Origin: an uncultured archaeon
GTDB taxonomy: Archaea > Iainarchaeota > Iainarchaeia > Iainarchaeales > VGJJ01
Length of the DNA stretch: 63,696 nt
Assembly (NCBI GenBank): GCA_964524375.1
Contig: CAZGES010000001.1
Coordinates: 1-63,696 of the forward strand
Direction: 5' to 3'
Below the pieces are notes generated by a model. It worked only from the letters and a program-made list of their open reading frames with translations, did no database searches and was not told the origin of the DNA. Made by a program: the position numbers and the translations under genes. Below, piece by piece: positions 1-8,004 of this stretch (its first letter is position 1; the number at the start of each line of letters is the position of its first letter).

Positions 1-1
1 A

Positions 2-1555
2 GCGGCGAATGAACCCATGGAGAAAAGTGTTGAGAGTCTAATGGAAAATGAAATCCCCCCCACGTGGCTTTTTATCGATGAAGCGCACACCCTCATACCT
101 GGGGGAAATGTTTCCACTCCTGCAACAACTGCGATTGTGGAATACGTGAAACAAGGACGCCGGCCCGGTTGTTCACTCGTTTTCGCGACGCAGCAGCCGT
201 CTGCGATTGACACCCGTGTTTTGAGTCAACTGGATATTATTCTCTCGCACAAACTCATTTTTGATGATGATATTAAGGCCGTCACGAAACGCACGCCCAC
301 GATTATTCCCATGAAATACAAGCACCCGCACTTTTTGAAAACACTTCCCGTGGGAACCGCCCTTGTAGGAGACCGTCGCGAGGAAACCAACCGCGCATTC
401 GTGCTCAAAATCCGCCCGCGAATGTCCCAGCATGAAGGACGCGATGCGGAAACGGGAGAGCGAAAAAAATCGTTGAGCGAAAAAGAAGCGCGCATGTTGT
501 GCGTGAGTTTGCTCATGTCTAAGCTAGACAAAGAAGGCATGTTGGATAAGGAAACGATTGAACAAGTGATTCACATGCTCAACCAAAAGTATGGTCAACA
601 TATGATGCTCTCGAGTGTGTTGGACGAAATGGAAGCACGCGGCGCGAAGATTGACCCTAAAACGGAAGCGGTGAAATCCCCTAACTTTGTGGAATTGATT
701 CCCAAGAAAAAAGAAAAAGAATCGGGATCTGCACTCGATGAAGATGCAGAGAAAGCCGCGGTGCAAAAAGTCGAAAACCTCGTGAAATTAGTAGAGATGC
801 CGAGCGAAAACGAAGACACGGATTTGTCCGCGTTCCCCGTTCCTTTTTCGCGCGAGGAAATTGTTCAAAAATTTTTGGGAGTGAGCAAGAAGAGTTTGAT
901 GGGAATGGGGAAGCCCATCGAACAATTGCGCGAGGTTACTCTTTCGTATATTCCCGTGTGGAAAGTCCAATATAGGCAATTCACGGGCAAGACTTCATAC
1001 GTGGTGCGCGAATGTTTTGTGGATGCGGAAAAAGGAGAGTTTTTGCACTTTTTGAAAAATCGTTTTGTCACGTCTTCAGGTTTGCAGGCGATGGCCGGCC
1101 TCTCAACGAATGATCAGCATGTGATTCGAATGATTCGCACGGGCGGACAAACCATTGCAAATCTGCAAAAGAAAACTGGTTTGGATGAGAAGTCGGTTAA
1201 GCGTTCGCTCGTCAAACTCCGCGATAGGGGAATGATTAACGTGCTGAATGAGAATACATTTCCCACATTTACGCTGGCAAAAGATATTGACATACCTTTT
1301 TCGGGGAGTGAGAAAGAATTGTCTTCACTGCAAGCACTCAAACTTGTTCACGTGTCGAATATTGCCAAATCCATTCCAAAGTATTCGGAGGACCAGCTGC
1401 ACACCCTCCTCACGAGCTTGTGGCCTAACATCCTTGTTAATAGTGTGAAAGAAATTTACCGCCCCGTGTTTGAGGGACTGCTTGTGAATACGAAAACGGG
1501 AGAGCATCGCGCGCTGCGCTTGGACGGGTATACGGGAATGATTTTTACTGAATAA
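2..1555 (+). CDS. HerA/DUF87-family P-loop ATPase, C-terminal part (ORF open to window edge), with C-terminal winged-helix-like region
   Basis: Walker-B-like WLFIDEAHTLIP, QGRRPGCSLVFATQQPS and IRPRMSQHEG resemble HerA/DUF87 ATPases. HVIRMIRTGGQTIANLQKKTGLDEKSVKRSLVKLRDRGMI looks like a MarR-type wHTH. No stop between nt 2 and the ATG at 17. Confidence 0.6.
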   Translation, partial: AANEPMEKSVESLMENEIPPTWLFIDEAHTLIPGGNVSTPATTAIVEYVKQGRRPGCSLVFATQQPSAIDTRVLSQLDIILSHKLIFDDDIKAVTKRTPTIIPMKYKHPHFLKTLPVGTALVGDRREETNRAFVLKIRPRMSQHEGRDAETGERKKSLSEKEARMLCVSLLMSKLDKEGMLDKETIEQVIHMLNQKYGQHMMLSSVLDEMEARGAKIDPKTEAVKSPNFVELIPKKKEKESGSALDEDAEKAAVQKVENLVKLVEMPSENEDTDLSAFPVPFSREEIVQKFLGVSKKSLMGMGKPIEQLREVTLSYIPVWKVQYRQFTGKTSYVVRECFVDAEKGEFLHFLKNRFVTSSGLQAMAGLSTNDQHVIRMIRTGGQTIANLQKKTGLDEKSVKRSLVKLRDRGMINVLNENTFPTFTLAKDIDIPFSGSEKELSSLQALKLVHVSNIAKSIPKYSEDQLHTLLTSLWPNILVNSVKEIYRPVFEGLLVNTKTGEHRALRLDGYTGMIFTE

Positions 1556-1594
1556 TTTTACGTTATTTTTGAATGATTACTGAAATTTTTTTTT

Positions 1595-1897
1595 ATGATG
1601 CGCAAAAAATATTATCAAGGGAGGCTGTGCGAGTCCAACGTCTCGTATGAGTTTTTTTGCCACCCCGCTTTGAAACTGAATCTTTCTGCGCTGGGAAACC
1701 AGCTCGCGGACGAGGGAATATTGTTTGACATCAAGACCGCGTTTGTTTTAGTCTTTCATTTGGAGGGCGTGCGCGTGAGCCTCTATCCTTCCGGAAGACT
1801 TTTGTTCAAAAACTTGAATGTGGAAAAGGACGCTAAACGATTGTTCCAAAAACTTTTAACGATTCTCGAGCGCTGCCCCGCGTTTGAGGATGAGTAG
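1595..1897 (+). CDS. hypothetical protein (100 aa)
   Basis: Intact ORF in the same orientation, 40 nt after the ATPase gene. No motif recognised. Confidence 0.4.
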   Translation: MMRKKYYQGRLCESNVSYEFFCHPALKLNLSALGNQLADEGILFDIKTAFVLVFHLEGVRVSLYPSGRLLFKNLNVEKDAKRLFQKLLTILERCPAFEDE

Positions 1898-1943
1898 ATT
1901 TATTAACGATGAAAAATCGTTTGGTTAGTTGAGAGTGAATACC

Positions 1944-2270
1944 ATGGCCACGAAGACGATTGAAATAAACCACGTTGACCCGCTCATGCTGGGAAAAGTG
2001 AATGCTATTTTCGGCTTCATCATGGGGCTGGTGATGGGCATGCTCTCCCTTGTTTCTTCGGGAATCATTTCAGACTATTTACAAACCCTCTCCGGGACGC
2101 CGGTGGATTTGATTGAGAAGACGCAGCAGCTAGGCTTCGTCGGGCTTCTATTCTTTTTGTTTTTAGGGATTGTTACGGGATTCATTTCCGGTGCCCTGGC
2201 GGCAGTGGTGTACAACGCCGTGTCTAAAATGGTGGGCGGGCTGAAGGTTGAAATTGAAGAAGAGAAGTAA
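1944..2270 (+). CDS. small membrane protein (3 predicted TM helices)
   Basis: ATG at 1944 (the track uses TTG at 1929). Hydrophobic segments IFGFIMGLVMGMLSLV and FVGLLFFLFLGIVTGFISGALAAVV. Confidence 0.5.
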   Translation: MATKTIEINHVDPLMLGKVNAIFGFIMGLVMGMLSLVSSGIISDYLQTLSGTPVDLIEKTQQLGFVGLLFFLFLGIVTGFISGALAAVVYNAVSKMVGGLKVEIEEEK

Positions 2271-2341
2271 TGGGTTGTACGAAAAAAAATCCCTGAAAAA
2301 AGTAATGCATTAAATATTTCTTCTTTGTTTATCATGCGGAG

Positions 2342-2656
2342 TTGATTTTTTTGGCAAAACAACGAATTGGAAGTGTGAGTGAAGTTCCAGAGGGAGCGAG
2401 CAAAATGTACAACGTGAACGGAACGCCCATTGGAGTGTTTCACGTGAATGGGAAATGGTTTGCCATTAGTGATAAATGCACGCACCGCGGAACACTTTTA
2501 CATGAGGGACCGTTTGACGAATACACGGTCACTTGTCCATTGCACGGCGCGCAATTCGATTTGAAAACGGGGCAGAACCTCTCTCCTCCCGCCACGATGC
2601 CGGTGCGAGCGTACAAAATTCACGCAGAAGGAAACGATTTGTTTTTGGAAATCTAA
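2342..2656 (+). CDS. Rieske [2Fe-2S] ferredoxin-like protein
   Basis: Rieske ligand pattern CTHRG ... CPLHGAQFDLKTG (C-x-H / C-x-x-H) in a ~100-aa protein. Confidence 0.75.
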   Translation: MIFLAKQRIGSVSEVPEGASKMYNVNGTPIGVFHVNGKWFAISDKCTHRGTLLHEGPFDEYTVTCPLHGAQFDLKTGQNLSPPATMPVRAYKIHAEGNDLFLEI

Positions 2657-2690
2657 ATCGTTAGTTAAAAAGTTATAATGCGCGTCAAAC

Positions 2691-2760
2691 GACGGGTCAC
2701 TTGTTGACCCGTCTACACCGAACGTCCCTATGGATAATTGGGGCATGGATAATTTGGGCA
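2691..2760 (-). repeat. conserved tRNA 3' flank module (tandem 15-mers plus hairpin)
   Basis: In tRNA orientation: TGCCCAAATTATCCA (2760-2746), TGCCCCAATTATCCA (2745-2731), TAGGGACGTTCGGTGTA, then the 9-bp hairpin GACGGGTCA/TGACCCGTC (2691-2713). Related flanks follow the other four tRNAs. Confidence 0.6.
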
Positions 2761-2843
2761 CGGAGAGAGTGGGAGTCGAACCCACGCATCCTTGCGGATC
2801 CGGTTTTCGAGACCGGTGCATTTGACCACTCTGCCATCTCTCC
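2761..2843 (-). tRNA. tRNA-Ser (anticodon CGA)
   Basis: Cloverleaf folded by hand: acceptor GGAGAGA/TCTCTCC, anticodon arm CCGGT-CTCGAAA-ACCGG, long variable arm, T arm GTGGG-TTCGACT-CCCAC, discriminator G. No encoded CCA. Confidence 0.93.
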
Positions 2844-2845
2844 AA

Positions 2846-2906
2846 CGCCCGCAGCCCGATTTCATACGGGCGCTCGATTTTGATGAACCTTTTTTGAAAA
2901 GGTTCC
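2846..2906 (-). promoter_or_regulatory. tRNA promoter/leader module, copy A (palindrome + ATCAAAAT TATA-like box + GC hairpin leader)
   Basis: In gene orientation: GGAACCTTTTCAAAAAAGGTTC-ATCAAAAT-CGAGCGCCCGTATGAAATCGGGCTGCGGGCG. About 85% identical, apart from an 11-nt indel, to 38844-38918 upstream of the giant pilin gene. Confidence 0.55.
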
Positions 2907-2929
2907 GGGCGGCACTAATGGACTACGTA

Positions 2930-2949
2930 GCAGGATTTTACAATCCTGC
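2930..2949. repeat. GGAT..ATCC hairpin family member (GCAGGATT-TTAC-AATCCTGC followed by AGTAGGCC)
   Basis: Perfect 8-bp stem. Same core and trailing GGCY as the hairpins at 24309, 28861, 39335, 40953, 41169 and 57267. Confidence 0.45.
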
Positions 2950-2985
2950 AGTAGGCCTGAATACTAATTCCTCGTGGAAGAATGC

Positions 2986-2993
2986 ATTTAAAC
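2986..2993 (+). promoter_or_regulatory. TATA box (ATTTAAAC) for the CDS starting at 3014
   Basis: A/T box centred ~25 nt upstream of the ATG at 3014. Same geometry as at least eight other genes in the window. Confidence 0.5.
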
Positions 2994-3013
2994 ACGGGGG
3001 GCGTTCGTGCTGC

Positions 3014-4246
3014 ATGGCAAAACCCCCTGGCAATGGTAAACCGAGGCGCCCGCCCCCGTTGAAAGGGCCCACGTTCCGCGACCCGGCGTCGGAAGTTCCC
3101 TATCGGAGGGGAGAGATTATTCAGCGATTGCCTGCGCGGCCATCTTCTCTTCCCGCGATTGGCGTGCGTGTTTCCCCAACTGGAATGGTGGAGCGGCCGT
3201 GGTATAAGCCTGTGAACAAAGAGTTGGGCAGCATCACGCTCGCGGGGTATGCGCACATTCCTGGTTTTTCGCGCGCGGAGCGGAGAGAACGGCACCGTTT
3301 GGCGGGCGTGGTGGAAGAGTACACGCGTCTCAAGAATGCTTGTTTGGCGTTTGAAACATTGCAGCAATTGACAGTGCAACACGGACTCCCAACCGGGGAA
3401 AAAAAACGCGAATTGATCATTACGCTCATCAAACTCAAAAACACGATTGCACTTTACCCGCGGTTGAAAACAAAAAAAGATTCGATTAAAAAAGTAAAAC
3501 GGGCGATTGAATTATTGGAAAATAATAATGTGATTGCATTTACTCAACAACTTGAAGGAATTGTGGGAGATTTATACGCGCGGAGGAGCACGCTCAATAA
3601 ACAAAACCCGCGGCTTGAACGAGACATTGAATTGTTTATTCGTGAAAGCGATAACTATAAGCAAAAGGGCCTCGGCCGCATGGCGGAAACAGACCAACTT
3701 TTTGAACGGACTAAAAATGGAAAACTTTCTCCGCGAGAACAGCGTGAACTATCCGCTATTTTCCATCGGCGCGCAGTAGGATATGGAAAACAGAATGTTG
3801 AAGCAACCACCGAAGAGGGGCAGGCGCTGGAGAGTGCGTACATGAAGTTGAGCGACTTGCTGAAAGAAGGAATAAACGATTCAAACCGAAGAGAATTTTT
3901 GAACGTATTAACACGCACGCGGAATTGGTTGAGTGTACGTTACGCGCGGAATTTTATCATGACATCGGACATGCTTCGCAGCGTTGCAAAATGGAAACCG
4001 GGAATGCGAATGAAAGTAATTACGATGCAACTTAAACTCGCGGAAGAGAATATGGAATATTGGCTAGCGTATGGAAATGTAAAATGGCTATTTCCGTGGC
4101 TCCTGACCCTATCAAACACCATGGCTGCGGATGCGGGTCATCAAACGATGCAAAGGCTCATTTCGCAGGCAGCATTTGTGGCTAAGAAAGAAAATTATGC
4201 GGGAGCACAGCAAAAACTACTCGAGGCGTTGCATGCGACGTCGTGA
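3014..4246 (+). CDS. hypothetical all-helical protein with basic, Pro-rich N-terminus (410 aa)
   Basis: The track ORF 2792-4246 starts antisense inside tRNA-Ser. The ATG at 3014 (MAKPPGNGKPRR) sits ~25 nt after a TATA box. No family recognised. Confidence 0.55.
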   Translation: MAKPPGNGKPRRPPPLKGPTFRDPASEVPYRRGEIIQRLPARPSSLPAIGVRVSPTGMVERPWYKPVNKELGSITLAGYAHIPGFSRAERRERHRLAGVVEEYTRLKNACLAFETLQQLTVQHGLPTGEKKRELIITLIKLKNTIALYPRLKTKKDSIKKVKRAIELLENNNVIAFTQQLEGIVGDLYARRSTLNKQNPRLERDIELFIRESDNYKQKGLGRMAETDQLFERTKNGKLSPREQRELSAIFHRRAVGYGKQNVEATTEEGQALESAYMKLSDLLKEGINDSNRREFLNVLTRTRNWLSVRYARNFIMTSDMLRSVAKWKPGMRMKVITMQLKLAEENMEYWLAYGNVKWLFPWLLTLSNTMAADAGHQTMQRLISQAAFVAKKENYAGAQQKLLEALHATS

Positions 4247-4257
4247 AGGTGAAAAAA

Positions 4258-4866
4258 ATGGACAAAAAACTTTTTGGAATTGGATTGCTTTGCACGATTT
4301 TGCTTTTTTTCAGCATGCATGTTTTCGCCCAAGCGCCGGTGGGGGAAGTGTACGTGCTCAACACCCTGGACGTGAATCCCGTCTACAAGGGACACGTTAT
4401 TTTTGCAGATGTGGAAGTGGAATATCTGCAGCGCGGAAACCCCGCGTATCCGGCGGTGGGGTTTGGAATTGTTACCCTGTCCGTGATGGAAGAGGACGGA
4501 AACCCAGTGCCGGGAATTAATTTTTCTCCCACAAATGCGGATTTTTCCTCCGCGGATGTGGTTTTGCTCCAGTTTGCCCTTGAGGGGCCGGGCGTGGGAG
4601 ACTATTTCAAAGTGGGAAAAACGTATGTGGTGGTGGCGGAGATTGAACCTTACACGACGGGAGGAAATTCTCTTTCGAATGAAATTGTGACGGGAAATAA
4701 TCGCGCGCGAAAAACATTTACGGTGATAAATCCTCCCGTGACATTTTCGATTCCCGACATGCCCTTTGCATTTTCCGCACTGGTATTTTCGGCGGTGTTG
4801 GGATGGTTGTTCACGATGCGTGCGCGAACGAAAATACATTCGAAAAAAACTCTTTCGAAGAAATAG
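4258..4866 (+). CDS. secreted CARDB-like surface protein with C-terminal membrane anchor
   Basis: Signal peptide KKLFGIGLLCTILLFFSMHVFAQA, CARDB-like GGNSLSNEIVTGNN segment, C-terminal PDMPFAFSALVFSAVLGWLFTMRARTK (helix plus basic tail). Confidence 0.6.
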   Translation: MDKKLFGIGLLCTILLFFSMHVFAQAPVGEVYVLNTLDVNPVYKGHVIFADVEVEYLQRGNPAYPAVGFGIVTLSVMEEDGNPVPGINFSPTNADFSSADVVLLQFALEGPGVGDYFKVGKTYVVVAEIEPYTTGGNSLSNEIVTGNNRARKTFTVINPPVTFSIPDMPFAFSALVFSAVLGWLFTMRARTKIHSKKTLSKK

Positions 4867-4868
4867 TA

Positions 4869-5924
4869 TTAATCCCGGTCGCCGTTTTCCAGTTCTAATT
4901 CTTCATCTAAATCATTTTCGTCCGCATTTGAATTTTTTTCATTTGTAGAAAGGGGGAGTTCGGGCAAAGGAAATGCGGGGAGCATGCTGGAATAATTTTC
5001 AGTTTTATTTTCTGATGCAGAGGCGTTGGTTTTGAGCGCGGAATGAGGTGTGTTTGAAATCGTGTGCGTGAGCGTGTGGCCGTCCGTTGCGCGTGCATCG
5101 CTGGCGAGGTTCATTTTGTCTAATAATTGCGAGGGGCCGCGGATCGTAATGTTATCGCGTGCAAAATCAAGGGTGAAAAAACCCATGTACGCGCGCAAGT
5201 GTTCTAATTCGCTCTGCGATGCGAAACGGGTGACGATGTCTCCTAAGTGTTTGGTGTGCATCGCGGCGCGCACGCCTTTGTTCACGGCCGACATGCCTTG
5301 TATCAGGGAATGATTGGGCTGCTGCGAGAAATCAATAGCAGGGTGTTCGATTTGAATTTCATCCGCGGAAGAAGCGTCAATGAGTTTGGGGATGTGTTCA
5401 TGAAACGTGTGCAGGTTTTTTACTCGGGCGCTGGGAAAATTAAGGTCGCGCAGGGATTGCAACTGGGTGGAGAGTGATTTTTCCAAATATTCCATATGCT
5501 TGATGTTCTGCTTCACTCCCTCATGCACGCGCAACACGTCGTCCACGGAAAAATTGACGGAGGCGCGGGCGTTGTCAAACAAGCGCGGGTCGCTTTTTCC
5601 GCGTTCAAGGAGGATGGATAAGTTTTGTACGAGTGGATCGGGATTGCTCGCCACGGAACGGACGTTCATCAATTGATTCAATTTCAACACGAGCTTGTCG
5701 TGCATCTTTACTTTCAACGAAGCACTGCCTTTGTCTGTCAAAAAGAGTTGGTGTCCTTGTTTGGTGACCATGCCGAATGACACGGCGTCTTTTAACACGC
5801 GTGAGAGTGCGGCGCGGGCCGAATTCAAGTTGGCATAATTGGGCGCAATCTTGGACAGCAACGCTTGATAGTCAATCCCTTGATTTTGGGAGACGATTAA
5901 CAGAATGCTCGTTTTGGAAGTCAT
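4869..5924 (-). CDS. hypothetical protein with N-terminal winged-helix-like domain and acidic C-terminus
   Basis: N-terminus IDYQALLSKIAPNYANLNSARAALSRVLKDAVSFGMVTKQG is wHTH-like. C-terminal DENDLDEELELENGDRD. TATA box ~25 nt upstream of the ATG. Confidence 0.55.
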   Translation of the reverse strand: MTSKTSILLIVSQNQGIDYQALLSKIAPNYANLNSARAALSRVLKDAVSFGMVTKQGHQLFLTDKGSASLKVKMHDKLVLKLNQLMNVRSVASNPDPLVQNLSILLERGKSDPRLFDNARASVNFSVDDVLRVHEGVKQNIKHMEYLEKSLSTQLQSLRDLNFPSARVKNLHTFHEHIPKLIDASSADEIQIEHPAIDFSQQPNHSLIQGMSAVNKGVRAAMHTKHLGDIVTRFASQSELEHLRAYMGFFTLDFARDNITIRGPSQLLDKMNLASDARATDGHTLTHTISNTPHSALKTNASASENKTENYSSMLPAFPLPELPLSTNEKNSNADENDLDEELELENGDRD

Positions 5925-5944
5925 TTGTTAATTGCGGTTTCTAA

Positions 5945-5978
5945 GAATAAAAAGGGGTTAGTGCGTGCGTTAATATAC
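5945..5978. promoter_or_regulatory. divergent promoter pair (TATA boxes at 5945-5953 and 5970-5978)
   Basis: CTTTTATTC (minus strand) lies 25 nt from the ATG at 5924. TTAATATAC (plus strand) lies 25 nt from the GTG at 5999. Confidence 0.5.
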
Positions 5979-5998
5979 TTACAATTTCTGTCCTGGTC

Positions 5999-6685
5999 GT
6001 GCCACGAAACCAGATCCTTCCAAAAGCTTACCATTCCTGGGTGAAAAAACGATCCCGCGAAGAGCGTGTGCGATTCGCACGACGACTACGATCTCATCGA
6101 AGCCCGGTGTATGACAAAAGGGACAATCGTGGTCTTCCCCTGTATGCTCACTACTTGGGTGTTTCGTATCCTAAACTAATTTCAATCATTAGAGAAGGGG
6201 CACGACCTTTCCACAAAACTCGAGTGTTAGATGTGGGCTGTGGTCGGGGGGTTGCTATTTCGGATATGGTGCGCGCCTTCACGCATCAACTGGGGTGTGA
6301 TGTTGAGGCAGAAGGACTTACAGCGGTACAAAACAATTTTGGGATTCGTAATCCTGCAATACGAACAGGAATTATTGAAAAGTTTGTACGAGAAAAACGA
6401 TACGATTTGATTCTCTCCGTGCAGACAATAGGGTATTCCTCCAATAAGCCACTGGCATTCCAAAATATTTGTAACTCCTTGCGAGTGGGTGGAAAAGCGA
6501 TTATCGAATTGCCGGACTACGACTACCCGGCAGATAAGCGAATACAACTGGTAACCGAGTTACGTCAAAAAGGGTTTGTGGTTGGAAAAACGGAGAACCC
6601 CTCCGTGCTCGTCATCGTGCGTAAGAATCCGAAAAAATTGAACCTTTCAAGACTATTTCCGAAAGAAATGGAAGACCGATTCTGA
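5999..6685 (+). CDS. class I SAM-dependent methyltransferase
   Basis: Motif I VLDVGCGRGVAISDM, post-I/II spacing and RVGGKAIIE are typical of the Rossmann methyltransferase fold. Confidence 0.7.
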   Translation: MPRNQILPKAYHSWVKKRSREERVRFARRLRSHRSPVYDKRDNRGLPLYAHYLGVSYPKLISIIREGARPFHKTRVLDVGCGRGVAISDMVRAFTHQLGCDVEAEGLTAVQNNFGIRNPAIRTGIIEKFVREKRYDLILSVQTIGYSSNKPLAFQNICNSLRVGGKAIIELPDYDYPADKRIQLVTELRQKGFVVGKTENPSVLVIVRKNPKKLNLSRLFPKEMEDRF

Positions 6686-6730
6686 AACGTTTCGAAAAAT
6701 TTAGCTAGCGGATTACTCGAAATAGGCTAA

Positions 6731-7012
6731 CTATGCGCCCATGTCGACTTTCTTCATTCGTTTTGGAATGACGTAATAGCGTTTCGTTTTGCACGTGGGG
6801 CATTCCGCGAGGAAAGCAGGTTTTTTGGTCTGCTTCTTGACTTTAATCACGAACTTGGCTTTTCCACCAAAACCCTTCTTGTGCTTGCGAACGTTTCGGC
6901 GTGTACCAATAGCCATCGCGCGGGCTTGGCCGGATTTGAACAATTTGAGCTTTTGCTCGGTGTGAGAATTACACTTTTTACAATAGAGTTTTTTAGTTTT
7001 AGGAACTTTCAT
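6731..7012 (-). CDS. rpl44e: 50S ribosomal protein L44e (eL42)
   Basis: MKVPKTKKLYCKKCNSHTEQK ... KKGFGGKAK ... ECPTCKTK: zinc-ribbon CxxC..CxxC and basic core of eL42. ATG at 7012 preferred over the GTG at 7021. Confidence 0.85.
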   Translation of the reverse strand: MKVPKTKKLYCKKCNSHTEQKLKLFKSGQARAMAIGTRRNVRKHKKGFGGKAKFVIKVKKQTKKPAFLAECPTCKTKRYYVIPKRMKKVDMGA

Positions 7013-7228
7013 ACAAAACACTTAACTCAGAAACTCGGCTGGAAAACACTTAAAAAGCAACCTATTTCACTGCCTTTTGAAATGGAATAAAACCCCCTCA
7101 AATGGCTGGCAGGGGCTTTTCGATGAGAGGGGTGGGGGCAGGATATCTCCCGTTGCCCACCGGTTTCCCTTAAAAACGACAAAAACGTCAAACGGAAGGG
7201 TGGGTGCCCTTCAAAAGTGGGTTTGGAC

Positions 7229-7987
7229 ATGTTAGAATCTATTATTCGTGCCCCTGCAGTAATGCTGAAGCACGCCTCGGCGTATGGTCTCCTCCTCATT
7301 TTGACGGGAGTGCACGGCGTCCTCTACTTATTCAATGAGGACGTGCTGGCCATTTTTACGGATGGGAGTGTGGGGGGGTTGTTGTCCACGAATGATGTCG
7401 CGCTGCAAGCCCGCGCATTAGGATTATTACTAGTGAGCATGGTCGTCATGATTTATTCACTCGCAACAGTTTCACGCGCCATGACTAAAACGCGCGCGGG
7501 AAACAACTCCCTATTTTTTTCAGCGCTGGCATTCTCCATTGTATTACTCTCCGCGGGAGCGGGATGGTACATGGTTGCAAGTGCGGTTAATGCATTTGCA
7601 TCCTGGGGTGGGGTGGCGGGACTGCTCTCGCTCATCTTCATGGCGGTCATCGGACTCATCACCGCGTTGTGCGTAGTGAAGTTTGCATTCACCCCAACGT
7701 ATGTGGGGAGAGGGCTCCTGCCCAAAGATGCGTTAGTGCAATCGTGGAACGCGACGCGCGGAAAATTATTCTCCACTATTATTCTGCTTCTCGCCGTGAT
7801 GGTGGTCGCAGGAATTGTACAAGGGGCCGTCGAAATTATTTTTAGTTTTGTGACGGATGAAACCATTCTTACCGTAATTTATTTTATGGGCGCCGCGCTC
7901 GGATTATTTTATTCCGGAACCGTGTTCGCACTCGCCGCGCCTGAAGCAAACACAATTTCACCGCGGCGCGTGCATGGGAAAAAATGA
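7229..7987 (+). CDS. polytopic membrane protein, unknown function
   Basis: About 6 hydrophobic helices. ATG at 7229 (the track uses GTG at 7217). Confidence 0.55.
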   Translation: MLESIIRAPAVMLKHASAYGLLLILTGVHGVLYLFNEDVLAIFTDGSVGGLLSTNDVALQARALGLLLVSMVVMIYSLATVSRAMTKTRAGNNSLFFSALAFSIVLLSAGAGWYMVASAVNAFASWGGVAGLLSLIFMAVIGLITALCVVKFAFTPTYVGRGLLPKDALVQSWNATRGKLFSTIILLLAVMVVAGIVQGAVEIIFSFVTDETILTVIYFMGAALGLFYSGTVFALAAPEANTISPRRVHGKK

Positions 7988-8004
7988 AAAATGAGGAATG
8001 AAAC

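Noticed and set aside
2792-3013. N-terminal 74 codons of track ORF 2792-4246 (MRIRFSRPVHLTTLPSLQ...)
   Set aside because: They read antisense through tRNA-Ser(CGA) and its promoter module. A TATA box at 2986 fits the ATG at 3014.
7022-7216. GC-rich 195-nt gap upstream of rpl44e as a small RNA or a missing rps27e
   Set aside because: There is some hairpin potential (GGTGGG..CCCACC), but I recognised no known RNA motif and no plausible small ORF. ORF 7027-7299(-) has an implausible composition.
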